51,701 nt of DNA from a virus (Duplodnaviria > Caudoviricetes), in IMG/VR virus record IMGVR_UViG_3300037313_000136, positions 1 to 51,701 of that record; one strand, written 5' to 3'. The translations under genes were made by a program, and so were the position numbers. Numbering within the stretch: the first letter of the stretch is position 1; every line of letters begins with the position of its first letter. The notes under the pieces were generated by a model. That model searched no databases. It worked only from the letters and a program-made list of their open reading frames with translations, and was not told the origin of the DNA. Below are positions 46,486 to 51,701 of the stretch, one piece after another.

Positions 46486-46665
46486 AATTTATATAGACTG
46501 TCGCAATCGGGTTGATTGGGATAACGACATACAACTTATAATGACCATTGATGGCCTAGCCTAGAGTATGGTCGGAGTTGGACAGACGCAATCTAATTTG
46601 TTGGTTGCTACCAGCTGTCTAGTTATCTAATCCTTTCAATGGGATATGGGCAGTCTTTATAAGTT
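46486..46665 (+). ncRNA. Candidate structured RNA (about 180 nt, closed multibranch)
   Basis: AATTTATA-T-AGACTGTC / GGCAGTCT-T-TATAAGTT closing stem; nested GATTGGGATAAC/GTTATCTAATC. Confidence 0.5.
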
Positions 46666-46678
46666 GGTGAGAATTATT

Positions 46679-46765
46679 ATGGTTGTATATGCCATATACG
46701 CCTATGTAATAATTGTTGTTGTAGTCGCTCTTGTATGGAGTAAACACAATGGCAAAGACAAGTGA
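46679..46765 (+). CDS. Small single-pass membrane peptide (28 aa)
   Basis: GGTGAG RBS; MVVYAIYAYVIIVVVVALVWSKHNGKDK. Confidence 0.55.
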   Translation: MVVYAIYAYVIIVVVVALVWSKHNGKDK

Positions 46766-46994
46766 CAAACCAATCTATCATCGGCGCATGTCAGCGGCGC
46801 AGTTAAGGCGTCGTTGGCGTAATAAGCGAACACATCAGCAGCTGTATGACGCCAGCGATTGGCTCCGGTCTGTTGAAGTTGACGCCACTGGATTTGCGAG
46901 AGTTTGGATTGGCGTCGGTCTGCAAATAGCGGCGTCACACTTGGAAGAACTAGCCAATGAGATATTGGTGGAGGATATAATCAATGACCAATAA
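46749..46994 (+). CDS. Hypothetical early protein
   Basis: GGAG RBS and ATG 46749. Confidence 0.65.
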   Translation: MAKTSDKPIYHRRMSAAQLRRRWRNKRTHQQLYDASDWLRSVEVDATGFARVWIGVGLQIAASHLEELANEILVEDIINDQ

Positions 46995-47160
46995 ACCACT
47001 TCACATCATATTTGATGGTCCGCCCGGACCTGAGGCTGGTCGTTTTGTAGAGTGTGAAACTCCCGATGGTCAGAGCATAAACGCAGGAGAATGGCGTGAG
47101 AGGGATGATGGTTATTGGGAATTAATCATTCCTGACCGCATTTCGATGGACGATAATTAA
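46984..47160 (+). CDS. Hypothetical early protein (58 aa)
   Basis: GGAGG RBS; FDGPPGPEAGRFVECE. Confidence 0.7.
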   Translation: MTNKPLHIIFDGPPGPEAGRFVECETPDGQSINAGEWRERDDGYWELIIPDRISMDDN

Positions 47161-47190
47161 GTTACTCAACGGCATAGTAGGAGAACGAAC

Positions 47191-47790
47191 ATGCCAAACA
47201 GTAAGCGCGAAACCAAGCCCAAGCTTGGTATTAAAGCCGATAAGCCTGCAAAGACGCGGGTTGAGGAAATGTTCGGAGGCGTTGGCTACGTCAGTCAAGA
47301 CGGGCCAGTGATGAAGGTGGATGCGGAAATCCCACTGCCTGAACACGCTGACCCTGAACCTGACCAACCATCTGTACGAGATATTAAGGATCGGGTGGAA
47401 GGATTGTTTCGCTCTATCGGTACGGCGGCCTTGCCCGATACAGTCTTTCCATCCGGTACTCGCAACAATGGTCCGCAAGCTGCTGAGTTTGTTGTGGCCG
47501 AACAGCTTAAGAAGCTGGCTGAGAAGCGGTACGAAGAAGCCAAGAAAAATGGCAAGGACGCTGGTTGTTTTGGTGATGAAACCAAATACGTTGCTGGCGA
47601 GACTGTTGAGGTTTATCGTACGCCCAACTTCACATTCAGTGTTCAGCGCAATCAGGACAGCAACATGATTGACCGTAAGGCAGTTGAAGACTTGCTGCGT
47701 GATATTGCGCCAACCAAATGGCAGGAATTGCTGAAGCGTTGTGAGAAGCCGAAGGCAGGAGCCACACGGTTTATTGTTGCGCTTCGGTAA
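47191..47790 (+). CDS. Hypothetical early protein
   Basis: AGGAG RBS; 199 aa. Confidence 0.8.
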   Translation: MPNSKRETKPKLGIKADKPAKTRVEEMFGGVGYVSQDGPVMKVDAEIPLPEHADPEPDQPSVRDIKDRVEGLFRSIGTAALPDTVFPSGTRNNGPQAAEFVVAEQLKKLAEKRYEEAKKNGKDAGCFGDETKYVAGETVEVYRTPNFTFSVQRNQDSNMIDRKAVEDLLRDIAPTKWQELLKRCEKPKAGATRFIVALR

Positions 47791-47829
47791 ACGAGGTCAC
47801 TCACTAACGGGTGACACAAAGGAGAGAGT

Positions 47830-48015
47830 ATGAAGCAGACCATTTGGTACGGCTCGACACCGCAGGGTGTTACCTTCGCCAAGTCGAAGAACCAGCTTGA
47901 GCAGTCAAGCCAGCTCTCCGGCAACATTGGAAGCTTCACTGTGGACGGTGAAATCACTGGGTTGAACTACGTGGACAACACGCAGTCATCTCAGTCATCG
48001 ACACAGCACGCTTAA
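47830..48015 (+). CDS. Hypothetical early protein
   Basis: AAGGAG RBS. Confidence 0.65.
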   Translation: MKQTIWYGSTPQGVTFAKSKNQLEQSSQLSGNIGSFTVDGEITGLNYVDNTQSSQSSTQHA

Positions 48016-48155
48016 TCCAACGAGACTTGACAGTTTTGTTTAAACTGTCCGTTGAGCCAACTGGAAACGGGGCGCTCTCACATACGGTACGTCAAGCCGT
48101 ATTCATTCCCCAGCGGGGGCTGGGTTAGCTTACTTTGAGCGGGAGTAGTGGCATC

Positions 48156-48314
48156 ATGGAACAGGCACAACTGTTTGTAGCAGCCAAGAAGAATGGCAAC
48201 ATCTTGTTGAACGTCGGTGGTTGTGGTTTTCCACAGAGTATTAGTCCCAAGGATTTAATTAATATCTGCGTACGCCGAGTTGATACTCGGAATAGAAGTC
48301 GAGACACGGCCTAA
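48156..48314 (+). CDS. Small hypothetical protein (52 aa)
   Basis: GGGAG upstream of ATG. Confidence 0.4.
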   Translation: MEQAQLFVAAKKNGNILLNVGGCGFPQSISPKDLINICVRRVDTRNRSRDTA

Positions 48315-48587
48315 GAAGCCGGTCTAACCAATCGAGAACAAAGCATAAATGAGATTGGGTAAACTCCGCATCGTTCTGATGCGTTGAGTATTTTCCCAAA
48401 CAAGAATGAATTTAGTTTCGAGCCGGTTTTCGGAACCGGCCTGTCGGCAACCAACAGAGTGGTTGCAAACTCAGACCTGAGCTAGCGGGTTGCTGAGAGG
48501 CCAGTGGAAATCTGGCCAACCAATCTATCATCGTCGGCGGCGCATACGTGCGTCCAGCAATTCTAACAGCAGTAGTGAGAAGCAACA

Positions 48588-48938
48588 ATGCACGTCCATG
48601 ACAAGATATTTGTGTACGGAACTCTTAAGCAAGGGTTCGGTGCCAACAGCATTCTACAAGGTAGAGCGGAGTTTATAACTGATGATCGGATTGAAGGATC
48701 GTTGTATAATTTGGGAGCCTTTCCGGGGTATAAAACCTCGGGTTCCGGCATGGTCGCTGGTGAAGTCTATGAGATCACCGACGAGAACCTTCCTGCCATG
48801 CTTGACAACTATGAGAACTACCCAAGTTTGTACACAAGAGTAAAGATGCACACCGAAAAGGGATACAACGCTTGGGTGTATGTAATCAATGAGAACATGT
48901 ACGAGAAGAACCTAATTCAAGAGGGAGTTTGGGCATAA
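48588..48938 (+). CDS. Gamma-glutamylcyclotransferase (AIG2-like)
   Basis: IFVYGTLKQG, GAFPG, GEVYEI, LDNYE, YTR and AWVY. Confidence 0.9.
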   Translation: MHVHDKIFVYGTLKQGFGANSILQGRAEFITDDRIEGSLYNLGAFPGYKTSGSGMVAGEVYEITDENLPAMLDNYENYPSLYTRVKMHTEKGYNAWVYVINENMYEKNLIQEGVWA

Positions 48939-49165
48939 TGTCTGCATCAAAAAGCAGGTATCCAGAAAGACCACAGCGACCGCCGCCTAAGAAACCAAAC
49001 AAGGGTCGTGGTCGTCCTTCTTCGGAGAAGAACCACAAGAAGTCAAAAGTTTGGCTATCTTCCAACAACATCTTCAATGAGAAGATTGATGTGTCACCTC
49101 CCACCAGCGATCCTTGGTGGAAGTGCCCGATGATGAAAGCAGAAAGGCTGTTGAAATGGCGCTGA
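48938..49165 (+). CDS. Basic hypothetical protein
   Basis: TAATG coupling to GGCT. Confidence 0.5.
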   Translation: MSASKSRYPERPQRPPPKKPNKGRGRPSSEKNHKKSKVWLSSNNIFNEKIDVSPPTSDPWWKCPMMKAERLLKWR

Positions 49166-49569
49166 GACTTGTCTTTCATGGTGGGAAATGCTGCGGGATT
49201 AAGACTATTCACGGCCTTGAATATAATCCTACCGATAATGTTCCGGCTGTGGAAAAGAAAAAATTCATGGAGAACGATGAGTATGGTCAAGAAGTTAAAT
49301 CGGATTTAGACTTCTTCACAGATGCAGCTCCGAAGGAAACGTATCTACAACGTGTAGATAGGATGATTGCTTTCTGTGAGAGACATCGTCCTCAAGGTAT
49401 TATTGAAATTGTATTGGCTGATACAACTTATGAGCCGGGGGGTTATTACGATCAAACAAGAAACTGGGCACCGTTGCTCAGACGACGAAAGTTCAGATGT
49501 GTTAACAAGTGTAAGAACAGTAACAGCGGTAACACTGTGCATGTGTTCCACCGCAACAGTGGAGAATAG
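49156..49569 (+). CDS. Hypothetical protein with Cys-Cys motif
   Basis: AAGG RBS and ATG 49156 (frame open from 49114). Confidence 0.7.
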   Translation: MALRLVFHGGKCCGIKTIHGLEYNPTDNVPAVEKKKFMENDEYGQEVKSDLDFFTDAAPKETYLQRVDRMIAFCERHRPQGIIEIVLADTTYEPGGYYDQTRNWAPLLRRRKFRCVNKCKNSNSGNTVHVFHRNSGE

Positions 49570-49571
49570 CA

Positions 49572-49952
49572 ATGAAATGGGAACCCAGTGTTGCCCCGTT
49601 AATTGGAAAAACATTCACAAAAGTCCATTCATACGGCGAATTTGATTGTAACCCCTGTATAACTTTTGAAGTTAATGATGAAATCGAATACATTCTTGGC
49701 AAGCGGCAAGATTGTTGTGAGAGTTTTTATTTGGATGAAGTGCATGGAGATTTATCTGATTTAGAAAACACTCCAATTATTCAGGCAGAAGAAAGCACAG
49801 GGTCAATACCAACGGCATCTGAAAGTGGTACATGGACTTTCTATAAATTAGCTACAATTAAAGGACACGTGACTATTCGCTTCGGCGGTGAGAGTAATGG
49901 TTATTATTCTGAAGCCGCCAGTTTATATTCCAAGGAGAAGCAAAATGCCTGA
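49572..49952 (+). CDS. Conserved-type phage hypothetical protein
   Basis: GGAG RBS; QDCCE, SGTWTFYKLATIKG and SNGYYSE. Confidence 0.8.
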   Translation: MKWEPSVAPLIGKTFTKVHSYGEFDCNPCITFEVNDEIEYILGKRQDCCESFYLDEVHGDLSDLENTPIIQAEESTGSIPTASESGTWTFYKLATIKGHVTIRFGGESNGYYSEAASLYSKEKQNA

Positions 49953-50733
49953 TGCAACTAAGATTGAATTCCTCCGGTTTGGAAGTAGCATTCCCGGTGC
50001 TTATTGGGGTTGCTGTTGTGCTGATATTATTCAGTGTTTCAGTGGCGATCCTGACGCCAAGGCATCTATCCAGATGGTGGACGGTGATGGTTGTTCACCA
50101 ATGTTCATTCAACGTGATGGAAGACAGAAGCAGGCTTTCGCTGGTCCAACCAACCGTGACATTTTCATGCAGCGAATTAGGGTTGGTACGTTTGGTATCA
50201 GCGACATGCCCAATCATGCGTTCTTCGCTATCCTGACTGACGAGCAGTGCAACAGTTCGAATGGCAAGAAGTGGTTGCAAATCCTCAAGGAGACTGGGTT
50301 TGAATTCCTGAGACGAGTGAATAACTCTGTGTGGAATGTCAACAACAATATCTTTGTGTTGATTAGAAACTGCGGCGCGAACTCAGTAAAGGATCAGTTC
50401 GAACCGCCTAAGTACTGGACTGAACTACCATCGGTCGTTCCCGAGCCGTGGGAAGATTATGGTCATACAGATTTTCCTGCCGTTGACTACTGTGAGGGTA
50501 AAGACTTCGACACTGTAGAATATACCAAGCGGATCAAGACTGCTCAGAAGGAGATTTGGGACAAGATAGGTCCAGCCAAGTTCCTGACTGAAGCGGAGAT
50601 TGAAGCTGCTGGTGCTCCGGTTATCCTTGCTGCCAAGCGAGACTATACACCGCAGCAAGATAAGAAATTGCGAGAAGCGAGAGAGAAAGCTAAAACAGCA
50701 ACAACAACACCATCACTTAAGAATTACGCATAA
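49945..50733 (+). CDS. Hypothetical protein with Cys-Cys-Cys motif
   Basis: AAGGAG RBS and ATG 49945. Confidence 0.8.
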   Translation: MPDATKIEFLRFGSSIPGAYWGCCCADIIQCFSGDPDAKASIQMVDGDGCSPMFIQRDGRQKQAFAGPTNRDIFMQRIRVGTFGISDMPNHAFFAILTDEQCNSSNGKKWLQILKETGFEFLRRVNNSVWNVNNNIFVLIRNCGANSVKDQFEPPKYWTELPSVVPEPWEDYGHTDFPAVDYCEGKDFDTVEYTKRIKTAQKEIWDKIGPAKFLTEAEIEAAGAPVILAAKRDYTPQQDKKLREAREKAKTATTTPSLKNYA

Positions 50734-51031
50734 CTACACATGACGACTGACCAAGAAGCTGCCTCTAAGTGAGATGGGTGCAAGTCCCATCCGCCTCTTA
50801 GACCATTATCAAATGGTATTCAACTGTGAGTGTCGTCCCTGCATCTGGTGCAAAGGTAAGAGCTTAATAGCTAATGACCGGTTAGCTGCCTTTGAGTAAG
50901 ACATACGGCCCACACGTCCCGCGCCCAAATTATGTAGCTGTGAAAGGTGAGTTGAGGCCCGACCACAGGTGTCGGTGGCCGAGACAATTTGGGAAGGATC
51001 AGCGTAGGAGGTGCAAGTCAGTGTGTGTAGT
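50733..51031 (+). ncRNA. Candidate structured ncRNA (about 300 nt) with T-loop hairpin
   Basis: Ends pair over 15 bp; GATGGG-TGCAAGT-CCCATC; several nested helices. Confidence 0.65.
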
Positions 51032-51032
51032 C

Positions 51033-51080
51033 GGGGGCAGGGAGCAGGTATCCAACACCGGCTTCCTGCCTTCACAATTT
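51033..51080 (+). terminator. Strong hairpin after the ncRNA (terminator-like, weak U tract)
   Basis: GGCAGGGAGC / GCTTCCTGCC followed by TTCACAATTT. Confidence 0.4.
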
Positions 51081-51093
51081 AGGGATTAGCGCC

Positions 51094-51315
51094 GTGCTAA
51101 ACTTATATCTAATCCAATTGAAATGGGAGTTGCACGACGCAGCTTGGGCTAATCTCATGGGAGACACCCAGTATGCGGAGGAAAAACTCCGAGACATAAC
51201 GAGAAGGTACATAGAATATGTCTACGAAGGGAAAAAGAAAAATAAGAACCGCAAACAAGAGAGCGAAGAAAACAACAACGAAGGGTCTGAGCGGTCTGAT
51301 CCCGCTTTCAAGTGA
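51094..51315 (+). CDS. Hypothetical protein
   Basis: AGGGA upstream of GTG; overlaps the next gene. Confidence 0.5.
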   Translation: MLNLYLIQLKWELHDAAWANLMGDTQYAEEKLRDITRRYIEYVYEGKKKNKNRKQESEENNNEGSERSDPAFK

Positions 51316-51701
51316 AGAGATAAACAAGAAGATTGAAGATAACAGGCAGATGCAACTCCCAACACAGCTACCAGCCATTTCTCACAATGATACTGCGCCA
51401 CTAGACCTCCTTGGTCGTAAGAAAAGTGACTACGCACAAACCCGAAGGGTGACAGTTTTGGAAGATAGTTCAATACCATATCCAGAGCTTTGGTTGACTG
51501 TGTACATTCACGGACCTGAGGCTGGTTTCAACTTCAACAAGATGTTTGCTAGGGCCAAGTGCTACAAGGCCAATCTGCCTGACGATGCTGACTTGGTTGT
51601 GTTCACGGGGTCGTCACACGATATTGACCCTCAGTTGTATGGGCAGCCACCACACAAATCGGTTACTCTCAATCCTGCGCTGGACAAGGCAAATCTATCA
51701 T
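51218..51701 (+). CDS. Class I glutamine amidotransferase / peptidase C26-like protein, 5' part (continues at position 128)
   Basis: Open frame from ATG 51218 into the terminal overlap, in frame with 1-672; ATG 51350 is an alternative start. Confidence 0.8.
   Translation, partial: MSTKGKRKIRTANKRAKKTTTKGLSGLIPLSSEEINKKIEDNRQMQLPTQLPAISHNDTAPLDLLGRKKSDYAQTRRVTVLEDSSIPYPELWLTVYIHGPEAGFNFNKMFARAKCYKANLPDDADLVVFTGSSHDIDPQLYGQPPHKSVTLNPALDKANLS

Noticed and set aside
47025-47040. 16-bp exact repeat CGGACCTGAGGCTGGT, also at 51511-51526
   Set aside because: Only two copies, both encoding GPEAG; one such match is plausible by chance in a genome this size
44516-48533. CRISPR-like array or repeated IYHR peptide
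   Set aside because: Repeats are 10-12 nt and kilobases apart, occur in different reading frames, and no cas genes are present
48487-48563. Hammerhead ribozyme (CTGAGAG followed by a stem)
   Set aside because: The required GAAA after stem II and the exact CUGANGA core are absent
50764-50802. tRNA gene suggested by the T-loop hairpin
   Set aside because: No D arm, anticodon arm or acceptor stem in cloverleaf spacing
51575-51701. 127-bp terminal direct repeat as the biological terminal repeat
   Set aside because: It lies mid-gene and matches a typical assembler overlap; the real ends are more likely near 43.5-43.7 kb

Overview
The window is an apparently complete, circularly assembled lytic podophage genome of about 51.57 kb. 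Bases 1-127 repeat at 51575-51701, which is the assembly overlap. It has two arms and no RNA polymerase, integrase or tRNA gene that I can see. The + strand arm starts near 43.85 kb and wraps through the origin to 18.45 kb. It carries small early genes interleaved with unusually large structured non-coding regions, then a phiEco32-type peptide-ligase cluster (class I and II glutamine amidotransferases, COOH-NH2 ligases, ATP-grasp, GGCT). T7-like primase-helicase, family A polymerase, SSB, nucleases, nucleotide hydrolases, class II (B12) ribonucleotide reductase and spanins follow. The - strand arm (43.16 to 18.2 kb) carries tailspikes, terminase, portal, scaffold, capsid, tail tube, internal virion proteins, holin and endolysin. 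This architecture resembles Zobellviridae (SIO1/VpV262/PA11-type), by inference. The most unusual signals are: (1) an RNA-rich early region with several ornate structured elements, a strand-polar repeat AATCTATCAT(CG) shown in unpaired loops, and an N-like arginine-rich first protein; (2) systematic AUU/AUC start codons in replication genes, required by in-frame conserved motifs; (3) an antisense HNH cassette inserted after codon 3 of the class II amidotransferase, with a 6-bp duplication and a possible replacement propeptide; (4) a lysis cassette split across both strands with a 245-bp antisense overlap; (5) Fur-like and sigma54 sites at the presumed genome end. All product calls come from motif recognition by eye; no searches were run.
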